DNA of 64,000 bases from the NCBI RefSeq assembly GCF_001447785.1, contig NW_015171530.1:186001-250000 (forward strand), given 5' to 3'. The DNA is from Gekko japonicus. Its lineage: Eukaryota. Shown one piece after another: positions 49,581 through 63,531 of the stretch. The notes below the pieces were generated by a model, which worked only from the letters and a program-made list of their open reading frames with translations, did no database searches and was not told the DNA's origin. Every line of letters starts with the position of its first letter. Position 1 is the first letter of the stretch. The translations under genes and the position numbers were made by a program.

Positions 49581-51139
49581 CTGATGGCCAGGCAAGAGCA
49601 AGCACAGTCTTTTTTAGGTGGCCTCCAGTTCGTTCTGTACAACATTTCTCCCACCCCTCTTTGCAAATGTTGGTGCAGACTTCCCCTTTGGCTTCCAAAG
49701 ATGGATCCTGAACGGCATTTGCACTAGGCAGCCTCTCTTGTAATAAAGCCTCTCCTGTCTCTCCAAGTTAAGAAAAAACACTAACATATGATGAAGCATT
49801 ACTTTTGAGCCTGAGGGTAGCATACTGTCCAGTCCATGACAAAGCGACAAAAGTCATCCTTCTTGACTAGCCCTGGCAGGAGAGACCAAGATGCCGTTGC
49901 TTCTTAAGTGACTGTTAACTTACTGAGTGTCAAGCATCTGCCGCTGTTTTGCTCATGTCATCACAGTGTGGTATAAGCCGATGAGTGATGGTGTTTTCTG
50001 GTCAGAAGTCTTGAGGAGCTGGGAATTTCCAATTTTGATCGTGTGCTTTCTCAGACCCTACAGCAGGCACCGGCAAGCAAATGGGCGATTAACTTGCCCT
50101 CCCACCATAAAGTCTGCAACTGCACCTGCGGAAACTCAAGATGTTGGTACAACTTTCGTATCTCCTTCCGTGTAAATTATCTTTCAGACGTGGTGGTAGA
50201 AGCATGAAAAGCGGAAGCTCTTTCTGTAAGGCCATAGGAAGTAGGACCTTGCTGCATTAGGCTAAAGGTTGAGCACTTGCCAGATTCCCAGGAAACTCAC
50301 CAACAGAGCAAGAAGACATCCAGTTATCTCGTAATAAGTGGTATTCCAAGGTGGCCTCTGAACATTGAAGTTTTTCTGAACCATCATAGCTCGTAGGTAT
50401 TAATAGACATATCCCCCTTCCTTCACGCAATCCCCTTTTCAGAACCGGGGGGGAGGGATGCTGTCTCTCTTTCCACCCCTAGCTGTCAGAAATAACTTCC
50501 CCTTTGGACACGTTAGAGGAAGGGCATAATGTTGAAGCACCTTCTGTAAAGTCCAAAACTACTCCTTCAGATGAGTGCGGGATCTCAGCTCTGCCTGTGT
50601 TTTTAACACGCGTGACGGAGCATGTTAAAACCTGCCAGAATGCATTTCCCCTTTCTAGCAAAGGTCATTTGTTAGAACCAGGAGGCTCTCAGCTTTCCCT
50701 TCCTAAAATAGTTTTCTAATGGTTGCAGCAAAATCTCTGAAAATGACTGCAGTGTGTTGCCAAAGCATTGTTTTCTCTTGTGCTGTTGTGGTGGAATGCA
50801 ACCCCTAGAGGTTGCTCCTGAGTTAACCACAGGTGACTCCGTAAGCACCCTCTTCGTCCAGGAGAAAGTGACACTTGGAATCAGTTTCCCAGAGCCTCCG
50901 GGGGTAGGGCAGGTGAGGAAACAGCCATAAAAGGGAAGAGGAGGATGGAGAGCGAGGGAACGTGTGGAGGAGAAAAAGCCAGAAGCAAAGACAGGAGACA
51001 GAACTCTGCATTCTGTCCTGCTGGATCCATGGTGCAAATATGGGAATTATCATCATCAAGACCCTGTGTAGCTTCGGTTTTTAAGTTTCTAGCCCTCATA
51101 CAGTGGGAAACTTGCCAGAATGGAGAGTGGTGGGAGCAG

Positions 51140-51860
51140 AAGCTAGATGGCTTTTATACTGCCCCCCCCCCCGCAAGTGGGGCTCAGGGCGGTTCACAAC
51201 ACAACTATAAAAACATATAAATCAGAATAAATAGTCTAAAATACAGATCTACTTCAACTGAACCCTGACCCCGACATGGCACCATAATACAGTTCTAGCC
51301 CCCCCCCCCAACTTGTAATTAAAAATTAGCAGTTAACAATGGGTGGGAGGGGAGGTAGTTTGCAAGGCAGATAGTTAATACTATTAGCCATTAAAACCAC
51401 TAAAAATGTCACTGTCCTGAACCGTAAGCTTGATGGAACATCTCTGCCTGGCAGGCCCTGCGGAATTCCGATCGATCCCGCAGTGGGCCCTGGTGTCATT
51501 GGGCAGAGAGCCCCACCAAGTCGGAGGCAGGGCCGAAAAGACCCCAGCTCTGATTGAGGGCAGCCGGATGCTCTTTGGTCCAGGGACCACCAGTAGATGT
51601 TGGCTATTTGAGTGTAATGCTCTCCGGGGGACATACCAGGAAAAGCGGGTCCCTTGGGTATGCTGGACCTTGACTGTTTAGGGCATTAAAGGTCAAAACC
51701 TTGAACCTGACCTGGTACTCGACTTGGAGCCAGGGCATCTGGTGGAGCACAGGTTGTATATGTGCAGTGATTGGTGTCCCTGTGAGGACCTGTGCTGCTG
51801 CATTCTGGACAAGCTGTGACTCCCTAGATAGTAGGGCTTGAATGCCCAAGACACCTTTCT
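51140..51860 (-). mobile_element. L2-type LINE 3' fragment
   Basis: Reverse strand encodes QLVQNAAAQVLTG...HIQPVLHQMPWL. Confidence 0.65.
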
Positions 51861-54530
51861 GTCAAAATGGGATGGATTGATAAGACAGATAGAGATGGAC
51901 CTGTGTGTGAAGATTTTGGAGGTCTGGGAAACGAAGAGGGCTTGAAAGAACTTTGTGGGGACGTAGCCATCTTCCTCTTGGACAAGCACATAAGGCTGTT
52001 TCAGGGTCCCTTATTTGCCAGAGCGTTTTGTTACCAAGTTGTAGCGGCTCCTTGTCAGATACTTAACGGTGACTGCGGCGACAGGAGTGCAGCCCCGCTT
52101 GCTGTGCGTTTGTACTGCAAAGGATGATGGGATAAAATTTGGAGGTGGGGAAGAACCCAGAAAATTTTGATTTCCAGGGTTACACTTGTGACTTCAGTCT
52201 AGTGGTTTTTGGGGCCTCCAGTTTTTCTGCTCTTGTTTTGAGGAAGCCTTTGCATGCCTTTTATGACTTAATACATTTATTTCTTGAAAGAGTCTGCCTA
52301 AGGACAGTACGTTTCACTACTGGCTGTTCTCATAGGCCGGTCTAAGTTTCAGAGTTGGGCCTCTTGTGATCTGGCATCTTGTGATCACTTTACTTCTCCA
52401 ACTACTTCTCCTGTCTGGTGTTCATGTCCTTGTATTGTAGCAAAGAGAAGGAAGTAGCCCCAAAACAATCAGAGTGCTCTTTTTGGTGTCTTGGGGTTAC
52501 AAAAAAAAAAAAAAGAGGTGGTGAGTAAAAAGCAGCGCAAACTGCTTAGTAGCTGACACTTGTCATTCTGTGCACAGCAGCTGGTAAGGAAAAGTCGGCC
52601 TCCGCCAACTTTGGTTGTCTGAAATACAAAGAACCCCAACTACTGTGGGTGGGTGGGAGCAGACGCCCCCTTTCCCCACTCCGCTGTATGGGGGCATAGA
52701 GGGCCTTTGCCCGTTGGTGTACATTATGCGAGGCATTTTTATTCCTAGATGCTCCCTTGGTTCTGTGCCCTGCACATTTGGCCTTGCCCTTCTTTACCTT
52801 ACTTAGCGGGGGTCCCCAGCTCAACAGATGGACCCCCTCGCTGCTAACTGAAATCTGGTGGCTTCTTTCCAGGCCCAAGGAGCAGTTGCCATAGGGGAGT
52901 CTCGAATAACTCCCTCAGTTCGGAACAAAGAACTGGAGGGGCCGGGGTAGCAACCTGCAGTTCTTGCGCTCCCGGGTCTGAATAGCCTCTGGGACCATCT
53001 GCTCCTGCGTTATGCCCTGAAGCGAGTTTCCTCCTTTCTTCTGCCCCTTAACCCACATCGTTCTGTTTGTAGAGTTCTGCAAGCGGGGAGCTGAATCCGG
53101 AAAGTGACCCTGGCTGCATCGTTTATTTCGGTTGCTTACAGTATTTATACAGCTTAAGCAAGCAAGCCAAAGCACTTGCCGTGTGTGTGCGTGTGTGTTG
53201 TCAGCGTCCCTGTTCTGAGGGAATAGCACCTCCCTGTTTTGAAATGTGGTCTTCAGACTCTTCAGGCAGAGAGCAGGCCTCTTGCAGGAGCTTCCCTGGC
53301 CCCCTCTAGCACCAGCATTTTTACCTGTTGTGTCTTCAGAGTATGTTTTTGTATTGTGTTTTGCATATCGATCTAACCTCCTTGACAGAGGAGGTGACAG
53401 AGGAGCAGCGTATATAAGTGTCAGTGACATTCAGCTTCCGGTTCCTAGTCACAGCAGATGAGATTGAAGGGACTGGTGTTTTTTTTTTTTTAATCTGATG
53501 ACTTCTGTAACTTGTGTTTTGTGTCGGGCGAGAGCCTGATCTGGTTTTGCACGTCTGCTTTTGCGGTGACACAGTCTGGTTTGTTTTTCTCTCTCCGTGG
53601 AAGGATTAGCTGCAGGTGCTTCTCGTATGCCCCATTCCCCTTGCCGCTCTATCTTGAATGTCATAATCCAAAACTGAGAGTCTGCCTGAGCTCTGCACTC
53701 CTCGGCGTGTTGATGGCATTGGCGCTCACAGACAGATACCTTCCCGCCAGGATTACCGCTGCCAGGCTGCACTGACGCTTTGGATTGTTCCCTGGGAAGC
53801 AACTGAACAATGCAAGGATTTCCTCTTGCTGATGCGGCCTGCCTGTGCTCTCTTGGTTTCCCTGTTTTTTAGTTGATTGCTTGGGTGGAGGAGAGGAACT
53901 GCTTCAGTGACCACTGCTGGTCCCAGAGGCTGAAGAGGAAGGGCTCTGAATTAATGGGGTTGGGCCGAGTCCCAAATACTTTGCTTCAAGCAAATGCGGT
54001 TGAGATGCAGGTAGGTGCCTCAGAGATAGGGAAAGCCCCCCTGGCTTTTATGTTGCTGGTGTTCATCTGAGCCAGCCTGACCCTGACTTGAAGCTGCTGA
54101 GCCAGTCCCACAGAGGAGGGGGGGTGTTTCCCGGACGGCTGGGAGCTCGGAGTCCCATTTGACCACTTGCGAACCCTGTAGTCTACACCTATTGAATGCA
54201 CAGCACTGTTTTGTGCACTGGGTGCACGGAATCGGTTGTCTGCGGAAGCGGCATCCTTGTGGTGATAAGAAAGGTAGCCAACCTCCCGTGTGATGCATCC
54301 CATGTGCTCCTGGTTAGGTGCTACAGGTAAGTCACCTTCTGGGTCTTGTGGAGACAAAAACAATGTCCATCCTGCCCACACGTAATTCCTGGTCAGGTCT
54401 GATTATTCGGGGGGGGGGGGGGGGGAAGGTCCTTTGGATCCCAGAGCTTGTTTCTTCTTCCAAACCACCGATTTCCCTTTCCCTGTAACACGGGCCCTTT
54501 CATAGAGAGACAGAGACATTTACTGGGCAC

Positions 54531-54737
54531 CGATGCTCCCTCTAAGCTTCTGGAGTCTTGTGGGTAAAGATCCTACTTTGTGAGCTACTGGCATTAAAGC
54601 TGTGAGCGAGTGATTTGGCTACTGCATACATTAGTTTGCTCTGGAGCCCTCCTTCCTGAGCTAAGGCAAAAATGTGTGAGCCGGAGGGTAAAAAACTGTG
54701 AGCTGGCTCACACTAACTCAGCTTAGAGGGAACACTG
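54531..54737 (+). mobile_element. hAT-type MITE, copy 6
   Basis: Same TIRs; TSD CTGGGCAC. Confidence 0.85.
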
Positions 54738-56777
54738 CTGGGCACCTGCTGGTGGTGGGGAGTCTTGCTTGGGCCTGGGTGCTTCAGGCTGTCTCTCCAG
54801 ACCTTGTTCTTAGCATGATTGCCAGACACTTGGTAGCATGTGTGCCTTCTCGGAGAGCTCTCTCTGGGAACCTGACGGTGGTCCTTGAGGCCCAGGTAGT
54901 TGTTTGTGTCCTTTTGGTGGTGGTGGGGAGGTAGGGTTGGTTGTTTTCTTTAATGCGTACTGTTTGCCACTGAGTTGAGGACCAGAGTACGGCTTCCCAG
55001 GCAGCCTCGGTCTCCTGCTTTCCAGGGCGGGGCTCCCTCCAGTGCCTTCAATCCCCACAATAAGGACTGTGCTGGATGCATTTATGTAATCCTGGCTTGT
55101 GCCCCCGCCCTGTCCCAAGGGCTCAGAACAGCTAGCAGCAGTGTTTAAACACGGGTCTGTGTCCCTTCCCAGGTTCATTAAAATAGACCCCCCACAAAAG
55201 TGCCCAGGGAGTGGGTTAAAATAGAGAACACGGCAGCGCCGCTCTCCCACTCATAGAGCGCAGTTAGTTCTCCTGAAGGTGTAGGGGAGGCCGCCCAAAG
55301 GGGCAACTTCTGCTCGCGGGTGCCGCCGTATGAATGATGCTCCTGACTCTGGAGCCGGTGGTGTGGAGGGTGCTTTTGCCTGGTTTCATCTCCAGGTGCT
55401 CCGTCACCAGGCACTCCTCGTATAGTAGCATTCAGTTGTTTTTGTGTGTAGCCAAGTAACATTAGCATTTATTTGTATTACCAAGGCTGCATTTTGTCAT
55501 TGTGAACCGCTTTAGTACCTCTTGTGGGGGATTATTACTGAGAAAGCAGCTTCCACATTGTTTATACTTCCTGTGTTCAGAAGTACATGATTTTCCCTCC
55601 CGGAAGGAATACCAAGTCCTGCATAAGTATCCCAGAATTCCTCTTTGCTGTGTGTTCCCAAAATTCCCTTTAATCTTCTTCCCTCCCCATGACCTGCATA
55701 CACCAAACAGCAGCCATAGACAGTGATGGAGGCCGTCATTCACTTCAGGGTGGGCAATTGCTCAGGCAAGGCAAGGAGGAAGGTAAAAGGCCTGGTACTG
55801 AGTAACTCAAAAAGAATCCTATTTCTGCCCTGGAATAGCAGCCTGTATCTTCTTCTCCCTTGCTTTAAGGCCACATTCAGACACCACGACGAATCTTAAT
55901 TTGTGACAGGTATGAGCAGGACTCTTTTTTTGCTGTGCTCCTTCCCTTCTCCTCTCATGTGCCGAACATGACTTAAAGCATCCTGGTTTGGGACAGGAAG
56001 AAACAAAGCTCCGGTTGTCCCAGGTGCCTGCATTGCAACATTCTGGTAAACTGGAGTTTGATCAAAGGCTTCCCAGACCAGGAAGCATTCAGTCTCATGC
56101 ACAAAGGGTGGGGGGAGCACAAAAGCATGGTGGGCAAGCTGTGCTCATGAACAAACCAGGGTTCATTGTGGCTTCTAAATGTGAACTAACTCTTTGGGAA
56201 TGGATGAAAAACTGAAGAGACAAAAAAGGTTTACTGAACTGAAGTAAGTGTCCGAGAACATGGTCACTGCCCATGTAAATGTATGCCAGTTGCAAGATGA
56301 AACTGATGCTTGGCATGCAAATGTGTGCACCTTTTGTAGGTTCAGCCGTGCTGCTGTGTTCTGCTGCAACAGCTGTGGCTCACGTGAGCAGAGCCTTCTG
56401 AAGGTGCCACCCTGCAAATGGGGCTGAGAGCGGCAGCTGCCCGTTCACGTGCATTTTCAGTGGCATCTCTTACCTTACGGTACGGCCTGCCCGCGATGGT
56501 CAGGAAGGCTTCCGTAATTCTCTCATTCCCCAGAACGTGCAAAGACAGTAATGTTCAAAGGGGGATTTTGAAAAAGAGAGATTAGAACTGGAGTAGAATG
56601 GAACGATGAAGTACTCCACTGCAGAGATTATCGTAGGTTAACACCTGCTTTTACAGCATTGACTTACACCCACTAATCCGCTTTCGGTATTGTTCGCGGT
56701 ATACTTTGCCTTCGATAGTTTGTCACTTGCATTGTCCTCTATTTCTGTAGTCCGCATCCTGTTGCACCCCTAAACTG

Positions 56778-56980
56778 AATAGCCCAGGCTAGCCCGATCG
56801 TGTCAGATTTTGGAAGCTAAGCAGGGTCAGCCTGGGTCACTACTCGGATAGGAAACCCCCAAGGAAGCCCAGGGTTGCTATGCCGAGGCAGGCAGTGGCA
56901 AACCAACCTCCTCTTGCCTTGAAACCCTCTCAGAGGGTCGCCATAAGTCGGCTGTGGCTTGCCAGCACTTTCCACCACCC
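56778..56980 (+). mobile_element. 5S rRNA-derived SINE
   Basis: GCCCGATC..GGAAGCTAAGCAGGGTC 5S-like head fused to a GGCAAACC...GGGTCGCCATAAGTCGG RTE/Sauria-type tail; second copy at ~61485-61640. Confidence 0.7.
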
Positions 56981-57421
56981 GTCCTAGCGGTTCATTGGTT
57001 GTCTCATGCTATGATGTTGCATTGTTTTATATGCTGTTATCTGCCCTGAGTCTCAGAAAGGCGGGCTGTAAGTAAGAGCAAAAACTGGAACAGGAGCCAT
57101 AATCCTATAATTAAAGGAGCCAGTGGGAAGGGTATCTTGGTTGGGAAGCTCAGGCAGATGTGCTGTGAGCTGGAAGGTCTTGAGTTTCTGTAATGCGGAC
57201 AGAGTGGGATGGGGACGTGTCCCTTTCCTTGGGAAGAACCGGTGTCTGTTGGAAAGCGGGCATGTGGAAATAAGAAGGCTGGAGTTGCTCACAACAACCC
57301 CACATCTCTGGTTTCCAGTTGGATGCAACCGCGTGTGTTGCCACCTGGGCCAGCTTGCTAACACCTGCCTCCCCCTTTAGAAGAAGAGTGGAGGTGAGGC
57401 CCAGCCCCCCGTGCCGCCACC

Positions 57422-57553
57422 ATGCCGTCTAATGCCCGGGCTGGCAGCCTGAAGGACCCTGAGGTGGCTGAACTGTTCTTCAAGGATGACCCTGAGAAAC
57501 TCTTTGTCGACCTGCGGGAGATTGGACATGGCAGCTTTGGAGCAGTCTACTTT
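57422..57553 (+). CDS. TAOK2: TAOK2 serine/threonine kinase, coding exon 1
   Basis: gccacc[31 protein letters not shown]...[10 protein letters not shown]; acceptor at 57380; TAOK2-type residues in later exons and synteny with TMEM219/KCTD13. Confidence 0.93.
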
Positions 57554-57645
57554 GTGAGTGTTGGGGAAACGGGTGGAGACACTCCTCACTACTAAATTTG
57601 GTTGAAGTCTGCTGCACATCATGTCTGTACTAATTTTCTCACAAT

Positions 57646-57893
57646 CCCGTTGGTGTCGTGGTTAAGTGTGCGGACTCTAATCTGGGAGAACCGGGTTTGA
57701 TTCCCCACTCAGTCACTCGCAGCTGCTGGATGACCTTGGGCAAGTCGTAGTTCTGTCAGAGCTGTCCTTGAAAGAGCAGTTTCTGTCAGAGCTCTCTCAG
57801 CCCCACCTACCTCACAGGGTGTCTGTTGTGGGGTTTGTAAGCCGCTCTGAGACTCCAAATGAAGGGCGGGGTATAAATCCAATCTTCTTCTTC
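57646..57893 (+). mobile_element. tRNA-derived SINE (Squam3-like)
   Basis: Similar to 33438-33717. Confidence 0.75.
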
Positions 57894-59252
57894 CTGCCTC
57901 ATCACCACAGTCTTCCATTCTCCGTGAGAGCCAATGTGGTGAAGTGGTTAGAGTGCTGGTCTAGGATCTGGGAAGTCCAGCTTGGGGGGAAAAACACCCT
58001 CTGCCATGGAAGCTGGCTGGGGGGATTTGGGCCAGTCACACAGTCAGCCTAACCTACCGTACAGGGTTGTTGTGAGGATGAAATGACGAGAGGGAGGCTG
58101 TTATAAGCCACTTTGGGTCCTATTGGGGAGAAAGCTAAAGGTTTCCTTTGCTTGAAAGCCAGTTGAATCCAACTCTAGGGATGTGGTTCTCATCTCCATT
58201 TCCAAGCCAAAGAGCCAGCGCTGTCCAAAGACATTCCCGTGGTCATGTGGCCGGCATGACTAGACGCCGAGGCGCACGGAACGCTGTCACCTTCCCACCG
58301 AAGTGGTACCTATTTATCTACTTGCAGTTTCTTGCTCACTCTGTCATGCGGCACTCGGGTCTCGGTCGGCAGTTCAACATCTTAACCACTTGAGCCACCG
58401 CAGCTCATTGGGGAGAAAAGTGGGGTATAAATGAAGTAAACAATAAGCAGTGTATTCTAATGTGCACGTGTTCACTTCATTTATACCTTGCCTTTCTCCC
58501 CAGTGGGGATCTGAGGCCGCCGACGTTGTTCTCCTTTCCTCCATTTTATCCTCACAACAACCTTGTGAGGTAGATCAAGATGGGTAGCCGTGTTAGTCCA
58601 TCTGTAGCAGCAGAAAAGAGCAAGAGTCCAGTAGCACCTTAAAAGACGTAACAAAATTTGTGGCAGGGTAGGGGCTTTCGTGAGTCACCGCCCACTTCTT
58701 CGGGGACCTACTGGGCTCTTGCTCTTTTTCACTGCCGCAGAGAGACCAACACGGCCACCCATCTTGATCTGTCTCCATGGAAGGCACCCCCATTTAGCCG
58801 TACAGAATGGAAATCTGTGAATCTTGTAAGATAGGTGAGTGGGCGTGACTGGCCCAAGACCACCCAGCGAGCTTCCACGGCAGGACTAGGATTCAAACCT
58901 GGGTCTCCCAGGTTTTAGTCGGACACGCTAATCACTGAACAAAACACCAGTTCTGGAACAGGAGAAATGGTAGGAAGGAGTACCTAGATGTCGGGTTCCC
59001 ATCATTCCCACTTTCTCTGACCATTTGCCAGTGGGCAGTTCTGTTTCTTTTCCTCTGGCCACCAGAACTCCTAATTAGCCACGAATTGCAAAGTAGACTC
59101 CCCTCCCCTTGACTTGTGTTGCCTTTTCCAGGGACTGAAATGAATCACCTCCACGCTCGCACACATTCTAGCCCTCCTCCCCAACTAACTTTGAACCCTC
59201 GCTGTGACTTTTGGCTGTTTGTCCCTTGGCTGATTCTGTCTCCCATCTGCAG

Positions 59253-59324
59253 GCCCGAGACATACGCAACAATGAAGTGGTGGCCATCAAGAAGATGTCC
59301 TACAGTGGGAAACAGTCGAACGAG
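59253..59324 (+). CDS. TAOK2: TAOK2 coding exon 2
   Basis: [24 protein letters not shown]. Confidence 0.95.
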
Positions 59325-59487
59325 GTTTGTGCTTGACCCCCCCTCTCTTGGGAGTAGTTCTGGGCAACAGTCATGGCTGGTCTCTTGTTCCCCTGGCCTC
59401 CGGGCCGGCTGCTTCTACTCAACCTCGCCCCCCTACCCTTTCCTCACGGGATTATCCTGGCTCAGCCTCCTTTTGTTTGTCTTTCAG

Positions 59488-59589
59488 AAATGGCAGGACA
59501 TTATCAAAGAGGTGAAGTTTCTGCAGAAGCTGCGGCACCCGAACACCATTGAATACAAGGGCTGCTATTTGCGGGAGCACACAGCATGG
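59488..59589 (+). CDS. TAOK2: TAOK2 coding exon 3
   Basis: [34 protein letters not shown]. Confidence 0.95.
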
Positions 59590-59863
59590 GTAAGGGGAAG
59601 GGGAAGCTAATCCTGTGGAGGCAAGCATTCCAGGAGGATTTCCCGGTCATAGATTAATGGAGTCCTTGAGGAAGTGGGTTATGTAGGGGAAACGGACTTT
59701 AGATTTTCAGGTGCCCGAACGGCAGTGGGCTTTTGTGCTGGGATCAATGAATAAATTAATTTGGAAGTAGGTAATGCCTAGGGGGCTGTGTGGGACTGGA
59801 TGCGTGAGGATCTTCTGCCCTGCACTATTAACTCTTCCCCCGTTGCCTTCTTACCCCCATCAG

Positions 59864-60113
<250 letters not shown>

Positions 60114-60198
60114 TGAGATAAGCCGCTGTGGTCCTGTCTGGCCATATTCCCCTGAGCCTGATGGGGGGAATGTGGGAGGCAAAAAGACTGGCTGTGCC

Positions 60199-60404
60199 CA
60201 GCACTCCCCCTAAGCTGTGGAGTCTTGTGAGCAAAAATCCTACTTTGTGAGCTGCTGGCATTAAAGTTGTGAGCGAGCAATTTGACTGCTGCATAAATTA
60301 GTTTGCTCTGGAGGCATCCTTCCTCAGCGAAGAAAAAAATGTGCGAGCCGGAGGCTAAAAAACTGTGAGCTAGCTCACACTAACTCATCTTAGAGGGAAC
60401 ACTG
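60199..60404 (+). mobile_element. hAT-type MITE, copy 7
   Basis: Same TIRs; TSD GCTGTGCC/GCTGTGTC. Confidence 0.82.
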
Positions 60405-60662
60405 GCTGTGTCCCTATCCTGCATCAGGCCCTATAATATACTAGGAGGAAAGCACTTGGTGTTGTATGGGATCTTGTGCTAGCAGAACCGTGCTAAGTCT
60501 GGCTTACGTTTCCACTTGTACACTGCTGGACCCAACCTGATGTTTCTAACAGCTCTCTCCAAGCTGGCATTCAGTTCATGCATAAAACTACCAGCACAAA
60601 CATGACAGAATGGCTTCTATGGTGCAAACCATCTCTCTCTCTCTCCCTCTCTCTCTCCCCCC

Positions 60663-60693
<31 letters not shown>

Positions 60694-61322
60694 ATCTCAT
60701 ACAACACCAAGTGTTTTCCTCCTAGTATATTACAGGGCGTGGAGATTGGCTGCACATGCAGAAACAAGTGGGGATACAATAAGTTTGCCTTAGTGTGTGG
60801 CTGCCGCAGATCCTTTCTTGCATTTTTGCTTGGGCACGAGTGGATCAAACTCAATGTCTACCAGCTGATGGGATGTTGCCCGGAATATGCTGTAGCTTAA
60901 CCATTGTGCTCTATGTACCTGAGACTCATGTGCATCCACACCCAGTGGTGGCTTTCCGTGTAGTGCTGGATGTTTGGACTGCCATTCTAGTCTCTGACTG
61001 TCACGCATCTTGTGTGACCCAGTCCTGTCCTGTTTCTTCCTGTCCGTGATCCAGAAAGTGAGTGGTCATCCTCTGCTTTTCTTTCTTCTACCTACTCCAT
61101 GCTGCAACACACAAGACCTTGTCTTCTGGACTTCACACAGTCCAGCCTAACCTGTCCATCTCCCTCTGTCTGCTTAGGCACTGGTTCTGATGCACACATC
61201 TGTTGACGTGACTCTGCTCTCCTCCACCTCTTGGGGTCTTGTTGGCTGCCTTTCTCCCAGTCGCCAGCTGCCTGTCTGTCCCCCTCACTCGCAGTTTTTA
61301 AGAGCCAGTCTGTCTTTTGCAG

Positions 61323-61436
61323 AGACGTGAAAGCCGGGAATATCCTGCTGACTGAGCCAGGACAGGTGAAGCTGGGGGACTTTGGCTCTGCCTCCATCAT
61401 TGCTCCTGCAAACTCCTTCGTTGGCACCCCATATTG
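61323..61436 (+). CDS. TAOK2: TAOK2 coding exon 6
   Basis: [38 protein letters not shown]. Confidence 0.95.
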
Positions 61437-62219
61437 GTGAGTGAAGGGAACCGTGATTTGCATTCACCTGGGAAGACAGCCCTGGCCTGGATAGCCCAGA
61501 CTAGCCTGATCCCGTCAGATCTCAGAAGCTAAGCAGGGTCGGCCTTGGCTTGTATTGGGAAGGGTGACCTCCAAGGAATACCTGGGCTGCGACACAGAGG
61601 CAGGCAATGGCAGACCACCTCTAAAACGTCTCTTGCCTTAAAAGAACAAGTCTAGCTCGCCACCTAGTGGTGCATACCGCTAAAAGAGCTAGAACCTCTG
61701 GCTGCCGGACAATGTTATGATCTCCTGGCTATTCCACACACAGTGCCAGGGAAGGTATGCCAACAAACCACGGTAACTGCATTGTTCAAGGACCAAAAAT
61801 AAACCAAGCAGTGTAGGCAGGAAGATATGAAAATATGAGTATGTCCAAAACATTCAATGAAAATCCATACTGCATAGACAAGACATGCACAAAGTATGAT
61901 TTCACAAATATTTGATGAAGATTACATAAGAAAATTCCAATGAATGAGCCAATGCAAACAGTTCTAGGCAGCATCGCAGGCCACCTTTCGGTCTTCTTGC
62001 CAGAGATCTGGTAGGTTAATATTTAAGTTAAACTGTGTCAGAAGAAGGAGACCTGGTGGATGGACAGACGGACATGAATCTGTGACCCTCCAGCCGCTTG
62101 AACTGCAAGGAGAAGCTAGAGTAGAGGAGGTTAAATCGTTAGGGACCAAACAAGAAGGTTTGTGGAGAAAGGAGACCTTGGGAAGGAGGACGGCTAGATG
62201 ACACCCAAGGGGGGAATAG

Positions 62220-62486
<267 letters not shown>

Positions 62487-62527
62487 TGACTAGCAGAAGC
62501 ACTGATGCCCGTTTTCCTCTCTTCCAG

Positions 62528-62621
62528 CGGAGCGGAAACCACCCCTCTTTAACATGAATGCTATGAGTGCCTTATACCACATCGCCCAGAATGACTCTCC
62601 ACTGCTCCAGTCCAGCCACTG
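62528..62621 (+). CDS. TAOK2: TAOK2 coding exon 8
   Basis: [32 protein letters not shown]. Confidence 0.95.
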
Positions 62622-62793
62622 GTAAAGGAGCCCTCGGAGAGTGGCGGTTTATGAAAGTGGGGGTGGGAGGAGGCTTTCTATGAAATGGGGCTTAATGAAT
62701 TTAGAGCGCAAGGGAGCAGGGGAGAAGAGGATAAGAGACCGGGTATTTCAAGGGGAGCAGCACTCCTGGGCTTCCATCTCCTGCTTCTTCCAG

Positions 62794-62875
62794 GTCTGAA
62801 TACTTCCGGAACTTTGTGGATTCGTGCCTGCAGAAGATTCCCCAGGACCGCCCAACCTCTGACGTGCTGCTCAAG
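62794..62875 (+). CDS. TAOK2: TAOK2 coding exon 9
   Basis: [27 protein letters not shown]. Confidence 0.95.
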
Positions 62876-63531
62876 GTACTGCAGCCCCGTGATTGGGCCG
62901 TTGCGTTTCCTCCTGCTCTTCCATGCAGTGTGGAGGCTGGAATCGCAGCACAATCCTGTCCGTGGCACGAGGCATGTGAGACGAAGGGGTAGGGGATGCT
63001 TTGTGAGCCCGGTGGGTCAAAAGTTGGGGGGGGGGGAAATACCTACAAAATAACTACGTGGAGGAGAAAAGTCAAGCGTTTAGATTGCTGGCCCCTGCGT
63101 CCCCAAGTATTTGCAGTTCCTTTCATTTCTGGTTCACCTGCCCAAGGTGGCTGAACATAAGAGATGCCAATGTTGGATCAGGCCAAAGGCCCATCCAGTC
63201 CAACACTCTGTATCACACAGTGGCCAGAAATGCCAGGTGCCATCAGGAGGTCCACCAGTGGGGCCAGGACATTAGAAGCCCTCCCACTGTTGACCCCCCC
63301 CCCCCAAGCACCAAGATGACAGAGCATCACTTGCCCCAGAGCCCCTATCTATCCCTTGTGGCTAATAGCCACCGATGGACCTCTGCTCCATATGCTTATC
63401 TAATTCCCTTTTGAAGCCATCCATGCTTGTAGCCGCTGTGTCTTAGTGGACCGAGTCTTAGCGGATGGCATCGCTTTGAAGATTTTTCAGCCAACCGCAC
63501 CCCCCAACTGTATGCTTCCGTTGCCCCACAG

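Noticed and set aside
56778-56880. 5S rRNA gene
   Set aside because: Diverged, lacks the 5S 5' end and is fused to a SINE tail.
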